Below, in pieces: positions 1 to 12,677 of a stretch of 64,000 nucleotides of DNA. The stretch lies in assembly GCA_023213395.1 (NCBI GenBank), contig CM041465.1:187371741-187435740 (forward strand). Reading direction: 5' to 3'. Numbering within the stretch: the stretch's first letter is position 1; every line of letters begins with the position of its first letter. Below the pieces are notes generated by a model. The model saw only the letters and a list, made by a program, of their open reading frames with translations. It was not told the DNA's origin and searched no databases. Source of the DNA: Cycas panzhihuaensis (lineage: Eukaryota > Plantae > Cycadophyta). The position numbers were made by a program, and so were the translations under genes.

Positions 1-574
1 TCCATAATTCAAACTGGGATGACTATTCAATAGTAGGGTGCTTATTTTAATTAGGCACTAAGGACAATAATATTATGTATGCATATTGACCATACAGGAA
101 AATGGCCATATAATAATACAATGTAATGGACAAATACAAATGCAATACATATGTAATGCTTGTAAATACTAGCTTAAATATATATTCATTATAGATAAGC
201 TTATAATAAACCAAACATAAACATAAGAAGACCCAATAAATATTATACAATAGACATCTTAGATGCAGATATTTCTCGTGGATATAAAAAATAGTACACT
301 TACATAAATTACCTAGATATAGATTATCACAGATTATACAAACCTATAGATAGATTAAACAAACATAGATGTGTGTATGATACTGGACTAGAATCATTAC
401 TTTATACAATACATAAATAAATAATGACAAGGGCATATATAGAGTAAAAATACTTCCTCTTAAAACATATGCATATAATGGTAGAACTAAGTAAAATAGA
501 ATCATCACTTCCTCTTAAAAGATATGCTCATAATGTAGAATTGAATAAACAAAATATCAGACTTAAGCACAATG

Positions 575-586
575 GTTTTGATACCA
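575..586 (-). promoter_or_regulatory. Primer-binding site (PBS, tRNA-iMet type) of minus-strand element X, whose body runs off the left edge
   Basis: Minus strand reads TGGTATCAAAAC (canonical TGGTATCAGAGC with two G>A), 5 nt from the LTR-like end ...GACATCA at 592. Confidence 0.7.
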
Positions 587-591
587 AATAT

Positions 592-3020
592 TGATGTCTT
601 AGGGTACTTTCAAACATATACGAAGATTAAGAAGAATAGAAAAAATGATCTAAAGGAGTGGTGGTGTTGATGAATACTAGGGTATTTGACCCCTATAATA
701 ATATAGGCAACATTGTGAGGGTACCTCACTATCCACTATTAGATACTGTTGATAAGCATTGAAATGTATTTCCATGAACCACCATATGCTACCATGCCAA
801 AATAGTATTGATATATTTCCATAAGGTGATGGCCCCAATATGGGCATTATCCCTACTTGAGAACTTATATCCTACATCTATATTATATACATAGGAATTT
901 TTATCTAAAGAAGGCAGGTATCTTGGATGAGAGGAGATCAGGTTAACATGAATAATGAGTAAAGGATTGGGAATATAATTAATAGGAAAATGGTTTAGAT
1001 AGACTCATATAATAAGAGCATATATAATATAGAAATTAGGTTAGTTGGCATAATAGGAATTCTCTATAGACAAAAATTCTAAACAAGGACACATAAGATG
1101 GATATACTAAAAGCTAATATAAACTATAAAGGATTATAGAGAGATTATGGGATGATAGGGAATAATATAACATAGGAGTGATATTAGGAAGAAGAAAGTG
1201 TGGGGTTTAAGGAAAGAATAAGAAGAAAGAGGGCATGATGAGTATTACATATTAGTACATAATAATTTAGATAGAAACATATAAAGAGGGTGTGTAAGAA
1301 GTAAAACTTAAGCATAAAGTATTACAAAGGGGTGATAGGAAGATAGAGGATAAGAATGATAAGGTGGCTTATAGATGATATTAGAAGATGAGGGGTGTGG
1401 AGTTTTAAAAGGAAAAATGCAAGTGATGAGGCATAGGAGCTATGGTGTACTTTCTTTATGGATAGATAATTTGTATAGAACTATAAGAGAGGTATGTATA
1501 GGAAATGAAAAGTGAAGTAAGGGTGATAAGAGACAGCTATGATGTAGGATATGAGAAATATTAGATAATATAAACATATAAGAGATGAAAATTTAAATAA
1601 GGATGAAAAATGGTAAAGATAATATGGATTAGGAATGAGCGTAGTGAGTAATATATGTAGAGGATCAATAGAAGAATAGGGTATGAGTTATGGTGAGAAT
1701 AATAAGCATTATATATTAAGGTATGCATAAGTGTTTGTATATATATGTGTGAGAGAGAGAAAGATGTGAGAGATGAAAATAAAAGTATGAGTTATAGGTG
1801 GTAAAGGTGATGTAAGCTATAAGCAATATTAGAAAATAATGTATATGCTAGGTTAATAGGGAAAATAAAGGGAATGAGAGATAGACAACATGATGGATGT
1901 TTTACGTGTATGGAAAGTTTATATAGGTGTATTTAAGATATATATATATATATATAAGAATTAAGGTAGATGAGAGATAAATATGACAAGAGTTAGGGGC
2001 AATATTTTGGGACAATGAGGGTAGAGGGTTACTAGAAGAATAAAGAGTAAGAGATAAGGGATGCAATAAGCATCTTATATGGATAACTAGTTTAGATAAA
2101 GTCATATAATAGAAAAAGAAGAATTTATAGTTTATAGGCATTATTTTTAGTGAATAGTATGGTAAGGTGTTAGGAAGATAATAACATGGTTTATGAGATA
2201 ATTTAGAAGATTAGAAAAAAAGAAGAAGGAAGGAAACTAATCATGAAGCAAATGATATATATTAACTAAGATAGAAAAAAATAAAATGAGAATAAGAGGT
2301 TAATAGGCAAAAGGGGAACATCATGACAACAAGAAGTATGCTTTTGTTTGGTGAATTCCTAGGGGGAAAGTCATGGTATGAGGTAGAAGAAGAATGGTAA
2401 TTTTAAGAGGGATCATGATTTTATTTATAGGGCTTAGGATTATATCAACTATCAACTCTTGGTAAATGGGAAATATGGGATTCTCTAAATTTATATGAAG
2501 TGAAAATTTAAGAGGAACTGTAAAACTTCCAAAAGAAATGGAAGAACACATAATAGGATATGATCTCCTTATAATTATTATTTCTCATTGTCTTTGTACT
2601 ATTTAAAATACCTTAGTAAAGAGTAACTAGTTTGTAAATGTTTGATGTTACCTCAAAGATAAAGATCAACAAGAAGGTCTAAATATCCTTTACTTAAGTA
2701 GGGGTAATTCCCTTTGAAGGATGTGGTTAGTATTATTATAAAAATATGAAATCTTCTTAAGCCCTAAATATAAAAATAATGGAAAGATGGTGAGGACTCA
2801 ATAGAGTACAAAGTTGATATCCAGGTAGACCTACATAACTTAATCACTTAATCTATCAACTAAAAACATAATGAAGAGAAAGTGGTAAAATAATAATAGG
2901 GTATTAAACTAATAAATAAATAAACCATCTAAGCTTATGAGAATATATGAATAAGGGAGGAAGGAAATAAGACATAACACCAAACTTTAGATAGGGCACT
3001 AGTAGAGCTGGTATATAACA
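592..3020 (-). repeat. Probable 5' LTR of element X (about 2.4 kb, purine-rich on +)
   Basis: TG at 592 next to the PBS and candidate end TATATAACA at 3020. Reverse TATA (TTTATAG) near 2424-2430. 2430-2555 resembles 42883-42909 joined to 51340-51440. The right boundary is uncertain because no partner LTR lies in the window. Confidence 0.5.
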
Positions 3021-3312
3021 TTATACTTCAGATGTAAAAGAATACCAAGAATATGTAAACAACAACTAATGTTACTCATGTAATATTTGTAGTTATCTCA
3101 AAATTAATGATGAAGTTGGTATTTTAAATTATTAAGTATGGATCTAGTTTTTTAGGGATAGTATTTTATTATTAATAGTATTGTTGAAGTTAATTTTTTT
3201 TTTTATAAAGGGGCCATTTTAACACTGATACATAAGTGAATCCCTAAAACATTTATGTATGTTTATTTTTAAGGATTAATTTCTTATTAATTTTGTAAGT
3301 GCTTGATGGACA

Positions 3313-3592
3313 TGAGGTCATAGTAGAACGAAGGGATTACAAAGCCATTATGAATATTATCAAAAGCATTAACATAATTTCCAAATATAGGATGATGTTA
3401 AAGAACACCTTTGGGATGTGAGGCTAGATATAAATAGATGGGTCATTAGGTAAAACCAATGTCTACCATCATTGGTGTTAAAAACACCATTAAAATATTG
3501 TGTGTAGGTTAGCTAGGGTAGGCTAGAGTCAGCTCCACATCACCCAATGTTGACACATCCTTTTAGAGTTTAATTAAATAAACATTATTTCA
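3313..3592 (-). repeat. 3' LTR of A-left (280 bp)
   Basis: TG...CA ends and an adjacent PPT. Partly similar to 17654-17955 and 54227-54461. Confidence 0.65.
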
Positions 3593-3609
3593 ATATATCT
3601 CACCCATAA

Positions 3610-4381
3610 TGTTCATTAGGGAAAACTTCAAGCTTGTCTCTAAATTTATAAAACTTGATTTTTCTAAGAGCCTTAGTGAAGATGTCTACTACCTATTTCT
3701 TTGTGTTACAGTAAACTAGCTCAATCTTGCTAACTTGTACTAATTCCCTGATAAAGTGATGTTGTGTTTTATATGTTTTGTTCTTCCATGAAACAATGGA
3801 TTACGTGCAATTTGAATTATACTTGGATTATTACACGTGATATGTGTAGGTCCATCATATTTTATTTATAGGTCTTAGAGTAATTGATATAGCCAAACTA
3901 TTCACATGCTCCTACTACTGCTGCTTTGTACTCTACTTTTTTAATAGACAAGGATACTATATTTTTTTTCTTAGGATTCCAAGTAATTAATACTAATCCC
4001 ATGCTGAAAGTATAATTGGATGTAGATTTCTTGTTATCAACACAACCTATTCAATCTAAATCTATGTAGCCAACCAATCTGAAGTTTATTAAGGACTTAT
4101 AATGTAACTCATAGCTAATTGTACATGTTAGATATCATAGGATTCTCTTCACTGCTTGCCAATGTGATGTTTTAGGTTATTGAATGAATTTGGATACCAC
4201 ACTTATTGAACGAATGATACCTGGATGAATTGACATTAAGTAGATTAAGCTACTAATTAGTTGCTTATAAAGTGTAGGGTCAATTGATGCAGAATCATCT
4301 AACTTGGATAATTTTATTCTAATTTTTGTTGGTGTAGCTAATGCCTTACAATCATTCATCTTAAACTTTTGAAGTAGGTCT
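3610..4381 (-). pseudogene. pol: Copia pol remnant (RT C-terminus and RNase H) of A-left
   Basis: ORF 4177-4359 plus RNase H motifs (LVGYIDLD, VDIFTKAL), broken by stops. Continues at 9629-10008. Confidence 0.85.
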
Positions 4382-4591
4382 TGTAAAAGGTAATGTTTTA
4401 TCTAGGGCTATGGTATATGACTGAAAGTATTTTATAAGGGTCTCACATCTTTCCCCCCTTATCTCTCAAAGTGACAAGTGGCACCATCCTATTGAGTAGT
4501 TACCATTTGCACCTTCTCTACAACTGTATATATAGATAAATTATTGATCAATAAAGTAGAGAGAATTCCTCTATTATTTTGAATCTTTACA
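4382..4591 (+). repeat. 5' LTR of B
   Basis: TGTAAAAGG...CTTTACA, a direct repeat of 9414-9623. Confidence 0.95.
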
Positions 4592-5319
4592 TGGTATTAG
4601 AGTAGGTCATTGGGTCCTCCTGCCTGTGAAAGAGCCAAATTAGGGTTTTGCTAAAGAAGAAGAAGAATAGAATCAAAGTGCTGCCAAAAGATATTGCCAT
4701 CTAAGATTAGTTTGTATGGAGCAAATATTGAGTTAGAGTTGTATAGGATAGTACAATTGTGCAAACATGTACGGAGTTGTACAGAAAGCAAAAATCAAGG
4801 TCATTAGAATTTCATGAAACTCACCCAGATTATAGATCAGAGCCTCCTCTACATTTTTTCCTTCTGTGTCAACATTGATTGAAGCTATTTTGACCCATTT
4901 TTTAGCAGATCTAAGGTTGCATGGGTTTGTGGCCTCTCCTCATATTTTTTTCTTTAGAAATCAGGTATAAATCTCTGGTACAAAGCATCTAAAATCATTC
5001 TCAGCCCTAAACAAAGGTTTAAAGTTAGTGTTATTAAGATTTTATCTTAGATTTCTAAGATTTTTCTTTAGTTTTCTCAAAAACCCTTGAGCACTAGTTT
5101 AGACCTTTCTTTGGTTGTTTCTCTCAAATTTGAAAGTGGATTAAGGAACTAACACTAGATTTCAATACCCATTTAGGAGTTCTTTTGATTAGGACCTTTC
5201 TCTCTCTCATTCATACAACTTGAGATCTATACAAAAATTCATACATCTGGCCATACAACAGTCTATAGAACCAATCAAAACTTAATTTTGCCTTCATATA
5301 AACTGGGTTTGAACTAGCC

Positions 5320-8300
5320 ATGGCCTCCTATGCTAGATCACTACCTGAAAGTGACAAACTAACTAAAATAAATTTCAACATTTGGAAGATAAAAATGGAA
5401 GGCCTATTAAGAACAAAACATACCTAGAGAATTACTACTGGGGATGAAAAATAACCCTCTGATATTATAGATTTAATCAATTGGGAGGAAAGAAATAATA
5501 CTACTGTCTCCTTACTCAAACTCTTAATCTCTAATTCCTAATTAGTATATGTGGATGGTCTACAGAATGCAAGTGAAATTTAGGAGATAATATATTTTAT
5601 GTTCAGTAGAAAGAATGAAATAAGAATTATGGCCATGAGAGAATAACTCTAAAAATTAAAAATGAGGGAGGGCCAAATTATATCTAAATTCATAACCAAG
5701 ATGACCAACATCAAAACCACTTTTCTCATAGTAGGAGACAAATAGACTAATACAGAGTTAATATATCTTGTGCTCAATAAATTCCCAAAATCTTTTAATA
5801 ATATGGTAAACATGTTGACAAGGGGAGGGTAAACTACTATAATGACTTGTAATACTCTCACAGGTCATGTGTTATACTAGGAATAAAGGAATCAGAGATA
5901 TGAAGAAGGCTCAGAAATTGAGGAAGCTCTTATCACCAAGCTTCATTTGGGAGGTAGAGGACGAGGTCAGCATAATCCTATGTTATGACGAAGAACACTA
6001 GTTGCCTATAGAGGATGTTGGACTGAAGGAAGAGGGCGAGGAAGAATGGCTAACAATCTACCTTGATATGTTAGAGTGTATTTCAACCGCAAAAAACTAG
6101 GTCATTTTTTAAGCAATTATAGAGCATTCGACATCTATTACCATTGTAGGCAAATGAGTCATTTTCTATACTAATGCTACTAGAGACGAGTAAAAATTCA
6201 AAAGGGAAAGAAACATGTGACTCGAAATTACAATAGAGAAAAGGACATAATAGAAGAAGTTGAAACAACCTTCATTTCAATATTAGCAATAAATAGCAGT
6301 GTAAAAGGAATAGGACAAATTGCTATACAAATTGATGGAGAAATTCAATGTATAGGCAATGCTTCTTTTGTACCAGGTATAAAAAGTAATCTTTTGTTAG
6401 TATCCTAGTTGAGGGATAAAAAGCTAAGAACAATATTCAATGAATATGGTTATTGTTACATTCTTGATATGAAAAAGAATGGCACTATGATAGCTAAAGG
6501 AGAAAAATATAATAGGTTGTATAAACTTCTCTCTACTCCTGTACTACCTGATAAAGGCCCTACAAAACCACTTTCTAATATAAAATCTCTTGTTGTAACT
6601 AGCACTGATACTAATGAAATGTGGCATTTTAAGTATGGTCATATTTCCCATGATAGGTTAGAAAAATTAAAGAAATTCAAGATGGTGAATGGCTTACTAG
6701 ACATTCCTTTCAATTACTTCATATGTAAGGGCTGCATGATGGGGAAACAACATAGGATTTTATTCTCAAAAAGCACATGGCATGAACAAAATAAGTTGGA
6801 ATTGATACATACTGATCTATTTGGTTCATTTACATCAATTTCAACAAATGGAGTAAGGTATTTCTTAACTATCATCGATGATTTCACTAGAAAAACATGG
6901 GTATATTTTCTTTCTAGTAAATCAGAAGCACTTAGCTATTTTAAAGAATTCAAGGCTAAAACTAAATTAGAAAGTATTCAAAAAATCAAATGTACCCATT
7001 TAGATAGAGGGGGGGAATTTGCATCTAATGAATTCCTCCATTTTTTTAAAAATACATGGAATTTGTAGACAATTTATAACTCCTTATACACCTTAATCAA
7101 ATGGGGTTGCAGAAAGGATGAACAGAACAATTATAGAAATGGCTCGATGCATGCTAAACAATAGTGAAATAGTTAAGAAATACAAAGAAGCTATACACAC
7201 AGTAGTATATTTGATTAAGAGAAGCCCAACTTAGTCTTTGGATAACATAACACCTAAAGAGGTCTAGACAAGACATAAGACCAATGTAAGCCATCTAAAA
7301 ATTTTTAGTTGTAAGGCATATGTTCACATCCTTGATAAGAAAAAGACCAAGTTGGATAGTAAAAGTATATAATGAATAATGGTTGGGTATAATAGTTTCT
7401 CAAAATCATATAGATGTCTCAACCCAAAAACAGATAAACTTTATGTAACTAGGGATGTAATCTTTGATGAAAAGAGAGAATTTCTTAACAAAATGCCTCA
7501 AGAAGTTAGTGTAGGTGATCAAAACTCACAACTTGTTCAGTTGGAACATAAATAAGATATTACTTCTAAAAGAATTAAGGTAAAATTTGACACTTTAGAA
7601 GACACATCTCTAGACAACCAATAAGCTAGTGATCCCAGCACTCATCAATCTGATACACAACAAGGTAGTAGTTTAAATACTCATTTTAAAGATGAAAAAA
7701 TCAAATCGCCACAAGAATATTCCTCAAAAAGAGTGCTAAAATGGTATCTCAAGACTCTTGAGGAAACAAAAGGAGAAATATTTAAACATCAAACCAAATC
7801 TTAGAAACCAAAATCCTTGATTTTCTCCATCAAACCAAGTTCTTATGAAGAAGCAAGCAACTCTCAAGACTAGAAAGTAGTAATGGATACAGAGATTAAG
7901 GCTATACATAGAAATAAAACATAGGATCTGGTATCAACTCCTAAAGATAAACCCATTGTAAATTGTAATTGGGTATACAAAATAAAGGAAAAGACAAATG
8001 GAGAAGTTGAGAAATATAAAGTAAGACTAGTAGTAAAAGGCTACACATAGAGAGCTAGACACAGAGAGCTAGAATCGATTATGAAGAAACATTCTCGCTA
8101 GTAGTCAAGCTAAATAAAATAAGAACTGTGATTGTGCTTATTGCTAAAAAAGGGTGGAGGATTTATCAAATGGATGTTAAAATCGAATTCTTAAATGGAC
8201 ATCTATAAGAAGAAGTGTATATGTATCGGCCAGAAGAATACATAAAACCAGGTTAGGAGAATATGGTCTATAAATTAAGAAAGGCATTGTATGGACTCAA

Positions 8301-9395
8301 GCAAGTACCAAGAGCTTGATATGCTAAGATGGACTCATATTTAACTCAAAATGACTTCTATAGGTGTGAATCAGATGATAGTCTATATGTAAAGTGCAAT
8401 CAAGGCTTAATCTCTATCATAGTGGTATATGCAGATGACATGTTGATTATTAAAGACGTTGAAGATTCAATAACATTTATTAAAAGGTGGTTCGAAAAGG
8501 TTTTCTAAATGATAGATCTGGGAATGATGCATTACCACCTTGGAATAGAAATAGAACATAATGACCATTTTACTATTCTTTCACAAACTATATATGTCAA
8601 AAATTTGCTAAGTAAGTTTAAAATGAAGGGTTATAATAGTGTCAATACACCAATGGAAACTGGGTTTATGTTGAGTAAAGAACAAGAAGCACATCTTGTT
8701 GATGCAACTTTGTACAGACAATTGGTTGGAAGCCTAATTTATCTCATAGCCACATGACTTGATAATTTATCTCATAGCCACATGACCTAATATTTTATAT
8801 GCAGTTGGTATAATCTCTAAATTCATAGAAAATCCTAAAATTCCTCATTGGAATGCTATAAAGAGAATTTTACAATATCTAAAAGGAACCATGAATCTCA
8901 GTTTGAAGTATAAAAGGGAGACTAATATACAGTTGACTAGCTTTTACAACTCTGACTGGGATGGAGATAGAATAGATAGAAATTTGACATCAAGGTAATG
9001 TTTCTTCCTAGGAAAATCATTGATCTCCTAGAGTAGTAAAAATCAACACACTGTTGTATTGTCTTTGACAGAAGCATAATACAAGTCAATAGTTAATGTA
9101 GCATGTGAAGGAGTATGGATTAGACAACTCCTAAAGGATCTAAGAGAGGAGCAAATAATGCCTACTCAAATATTCCGTAACAATCAAAGTACAATAAAAA
9201 TGATAAAAAATCAAGTGCTACATGCTAGAACAAAACATATAGAAGTGCATCATTATTTCATCAGAGAAAAAGTATAAAACAGAGAAATCAAGCTTCAATA
9301 TTATACTTCAATAAAATAAACTACTGACATCCTTACCAAATCTCTTAGCAAGGAAAAATTTATTGTCTTTAGAAATTAGTTGGGATTAAGATAGA
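5320..9395 (+). pseudogene. gag-pol: Copia gag-pol of B with many stops and frameshifts
   Basis: Gag start MASYARSLPESDKLTKINFNIWKIKM. Integrase WHFKYGH...CKGCMMGKQHR, LELIHTDLFG, DRGGEF (6409-7068). RT QMDVK and LYGLKQ; DLGMMHYHLG (8509). RNase H HARTKHIEVHHYFIRE. 28-bp tandem duplication at 8735-8786. Confidence 0.92.
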
Positions 9396-9413
9396 TAAAA
9401 TATTACGAGGTGG

Positions 9414-9623
9414 TATAAAAGGTAATGTTTAATCTAGGGCCATGGTATATGACCAAAAGTATTTTAAAAGGGTCTCACATCTTTCCCCCTTTCTCTCTCA
9501 AAGTGACAAGTGGCACCATCCTATTGAGTGGTTACCATTTGCACCTTCTCTACAACTGTATATATAGATAAATGATTGATCAACAAAGTAGAGAGAATTC
9601 CTCCATTATTTTGAATCTTTACA
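9414..9623 (+). repeat. 3' LTR of B
   Basis: Starts TATAAAAGG (TG mutated to TA) and ends CTTTACA, followed by the TSD GGTCC. Confidence 0.95.
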
Positions 9624-9628
9624 GGTCC

Positions 9629-10008
9629 AAGGTATATTTCCTTGGAGATACAAATATCCCATTCTCATCTTTCCATACTTCTAAACCTAGGAAGTAATAC
9701 ATAAGACCTAAGTCAGTCATCTTAAACTCTTTGCAATATTTTCTTTGAATTTTTATGATAATTGGGAGTCATTTCTTGTGTAGACTAGGTCATCAACATA
9801 TAGTTCCATAATAAGTATTGAGTCTCCTTCAATCTTTATATATAGGTTAGGATCTAATTGACTCTTTTTGAATCCTTTATCTTTAAAATATTTGTTTATC
9901 CTAGAGTCTAAAGCTCTAGGTACTTGTTTTAATCCATACAAGGCCTTCTTGAGCTTATATACCTTATTTTTCTCCCCCTTGACTTCAAAGACTTTAGGTT
10001 GTTATACA
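9629..10008 (-). pseudogene. pol: Copia RT fragment of A-left
   Basis: QPKVFEVKGEKNKVYKLKKALYGLKQ...LYVDDLVY...MTDLGLMYYFLG. Confidence 0.9.
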
Positions 10009-10320
10009 TGAAGGAAGGATGGATCTAGGAGATAAATCACTCACATGTACACAATGACAATGGAGAATAAAAAAGAAGATAAAATAAGATATGAGAGTAA
10101 GCTTGGAGGTGAGAATGAATAATGACTCCCTCCTTGAGATTTCACCTTTTATTATTGAGGGTGAGTATTATGGTTAGGATTTTCTCGCCTAATGATATGA
10201 ACCCGAAATTACATCTAAATACACATAAAGTACATTTTATTAAGAGACTAATGCTAATAATATATCCTAAGGTCACATAATTAATCTACACAAATGACTT
10301 TGATACATTAGCCTCTTTCA
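10009..10320 (-). repeat. 3' LTR of C
   Basis: Direct repeat of 12366-12677 with TG...CA ends. Confidence 0.95.
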
Positions 10321-10799
10321 ATCCCCCCTTAATGGTGGAAGGTCATTTTCAGAAAATCTATTCTATGAGGTCTTCATTTGAGCCTCATTATTACATTAAA
10401 ATTCTAAATGACACTTTTGTGAGAAAACCCTCATGGGGAATAAAAACCCATGAACTTTCTAAGATATATAGCCTCTTTTATAAATCAAAATATCTAAGGT
10501 GGCTCTTTGATGTAGCCTGATAGCTAAGTAGCTTAAATATGCAGCTTAATCTGCTAAGTCTCCATATACTATTTGGTCATCCCCTATGCCCTTTTGGGTT
10601 TTCATAGGTTCTAATTTTTTAAAACAAGTACAACCCTTATCCTTCCGTGCCCACATAGGGTTTTTACAAAGAGGATAGAGCAGAGACTTACTCTTATTCT
10701 TCCACACCCACAAGGGGTTTTCACGAAGAGAATAGAGTATGATGATCCTGTTGCCATCTTCTTTGATCAATCGAAGATGGAGGCCCTAAGGTTGAGCTG

Positions 10800-12290
10800 T
10801 CTTCAAAACTGTTCAAACTTCACCCTTTGCAATGGTTTGGTGAAGATATCAGCCACTTGATCTGCTGTGGGACAGTAATCTAATTGAATTATGCCATCAT
10901 GAATAAGTTCCCTAATCCTGTGGACTTTCATACTTATGTGTTTGGTACGATCATGAAATATACGATTTTTTGCCATGCAGATTATTGATTAATTATCCAC
11001 ATGAAGACTCGTAGGAATTGTTTGGGTGATATTCAATGTTTCTAATAATTTTCTCAGCCATATCACCTCTTTACTGGTCTCAGAAGTAGCAATGTATTTA
11101 GCTTTGGCAGTTGAATCTGCAACTATCTTCTGTTGTTTGGATCTCTATGATATTGGTGTTGTTCCAAGAAACGTTACATACCCAGACATAGATCTTCCTG
11201 TATCTTTATCTCCTGCAAAGTCTGAGTCTGTGTATGCAAAAATCTTGAAGTCTGAATTAGGTTCATACAACAGACCATATTTTCTAGTCGTCTTAAGGTA
11301 TCTCAACACTTGCACTGCTGCCTGCCAATGATTCTGCTTAGGATTTGTCATGTAACAAGTAAGAATGCCAATAGAGTGTATAATATTTGGCCTTGTCATG
11401 AGACTACCTACAAGTTTCCTGTAGAGTGTTGCGTCTACCTCCCTAGTGTCACCTTCAACTGAGAGTTTGGTGTTAGGATCCATAGGTAACATCATTGGTC
11501 GAGTATCTTCTAACTGAAACTTGGTTAGAAGATCATTGATGTATTTTTCTTGGGAGAGGAAAATTTTTCCATTCTTTTGTGTTACTTCAATTCCCAAGTA
11601 ATATTTTATCAAACCAAGGTCAGACAATTCAAACGTTTTACCAAGGTCCTTTTTCAGCTGGCTTATTACTTATTCACTATTACTTGTTACTAGCATATCA
11701 TCCACAAAGATTATGAGATAAGTGACTTTATCCTTATGGTGCTTGATGAACAACGTTGCATCCATATATTGATAGTCACAAACCTCATATCCAAGTTGCC
11801 TTATCCTTTTAGACAACTTGGCAAACCAAACGCGAGGGGCTTGTTTAAGGCCATACAAGGACTTTCTAAGCCTGCAAACCTTATGCTCTTAACCTTTTAT
11901 CTCATATCCTTCTAGCTGAGCCATGTAAATTTCTTCTTCAAGATCTCCATTAAGAAACATGGTCTTAATATCAAGTTGGTGGATTTTCCAACCCTATTGA
12001 GTAGCCAAGGCCATAAGAGTTCTAATTGTAGGCCACTTGGTTGTAGGTGCAAAGACTTCAATATAGTCAATGCTTTCCTTTTGTGTAAATCCTTTAGCTA
12101 CCAACCTCACCTTGTATTTTTTAAGGGTGCCATCTGATCTATATTTGTTTTTGAACACCCATTTATTTTGAACTACCTTTCTGCCAAGTGGTAGATCAAC
12201 GAGCTCCCATATACCGTTCTTGATAAGAGATTAGTACTCTTCGTTCATGTCATTTCTCTAAGCGATATACTTTACAACTTCTTCACATTG
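10800..12290 (-). pseudogene. pol: Copia RT-RNase H of C
   Basis: WELVDLP, RLVAKGFTQ, LYGLKQAPR, FVDDML, DLGLIKYYLG, YTDSDFAGD, HDRTKHI, ADIFTK. Confidence 0.92.
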
Positions 12291-12365
12291 AATATGAAGG
12301 AGAGGAAAATGACTCCATGCAAGTAGAATGGAGTGAATAGATCCCCTTCTAGCTCTGATACCACA

Positions 12366-12677
12366 TGAAGGAAGGATGGATCTAGGAGATAAATCACTCA
12401 CATGCACACAATGGCAATGGAGAATGAAAAAGAAGATGAAACAAGATATAAGAGAAAGCTTGGAGGTGAGAATGAATAATGACTCCCTCCTTGAGATTTC
12501 ACCTTTTATTATTGAGGGTGAGCATTAGGGTTAGGATTTTTCCGCCTAATGACATGAACCTGAAATTACATCTAAATGTACATAAAGTACATTTCATTAA
12601 GAGACTAATGCTAATAATATATCCTAAGGTCACATAATAAATCTACACAAATGACCTTGATACATTAACCTCTTTCA
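12366..12677 (-). repeat. 5' LTR of C
   Basis: Separated from the PBS by 2 nt; matches 10009-10320. Confidence 0.95.

Larger units (their letters stand above)
4382..9623 (+). mobile_element. Ty1/copia B, near full length but decayed, nested in the RT of A-left
   Basis: 210-bp LTRs at 4382-4591 and 9414-9623 with about 12 differences. TSD GGTCT/GGTCC. PBS TGGTATTAGAGT at 4592-4603, PPT 9402-9413. Domain order gag-(PR)-INT-RT-RH. Confidence 0.95.
3313..10008 (-). mobile_element. Ty1/copia A-left: 3' LTR, polypurine tract (PPT), RNase H and C-terminal RT; interrupted by B and truncated at C
   Basis: LTR 3313-3592 (minus start TGAAATAATG) with PPT-like ATTATGGGTGAGATA beside it. RT motifs LYGLKQ...LYVDDLVY (9753-9941) and YKQLISSLIYL (4177-4359). 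RNase H end KFYKFRDKL. Confidence 0.85.
10009..12677 (-). mobile_element. Ty1/copia C, internally deleted (LTR-PBS-RT-RH-PPT-LTR), no TSD
   Basis: 312-bp LTRs at 10009-10320 and 12366-12677 with about 19 differences, mostly transitions. Perfect PBS TGGTATCAGAGC at 12352-12363; PPT AAGGGGGGAT at 10321-10330. RT/RH ORFs 11145-11627 and 11670-11858. Flanks ATACA and ATGTG differ. Confidence 0.92.

Noticed and set aside
10185-10215. CTAATGA...GAAA in the C LTRs as a hammerhead ribozyme core
   Set aside because: Both LTRs read CTAATGA rather than CTGATGA, and I find no stem II or flanking helices.
11026-11331. Plus-strand ORFs 11026-11331, 14189-14696 and 56427-56801
   Set aside because: They are antisense shadows of copia gag/pol.
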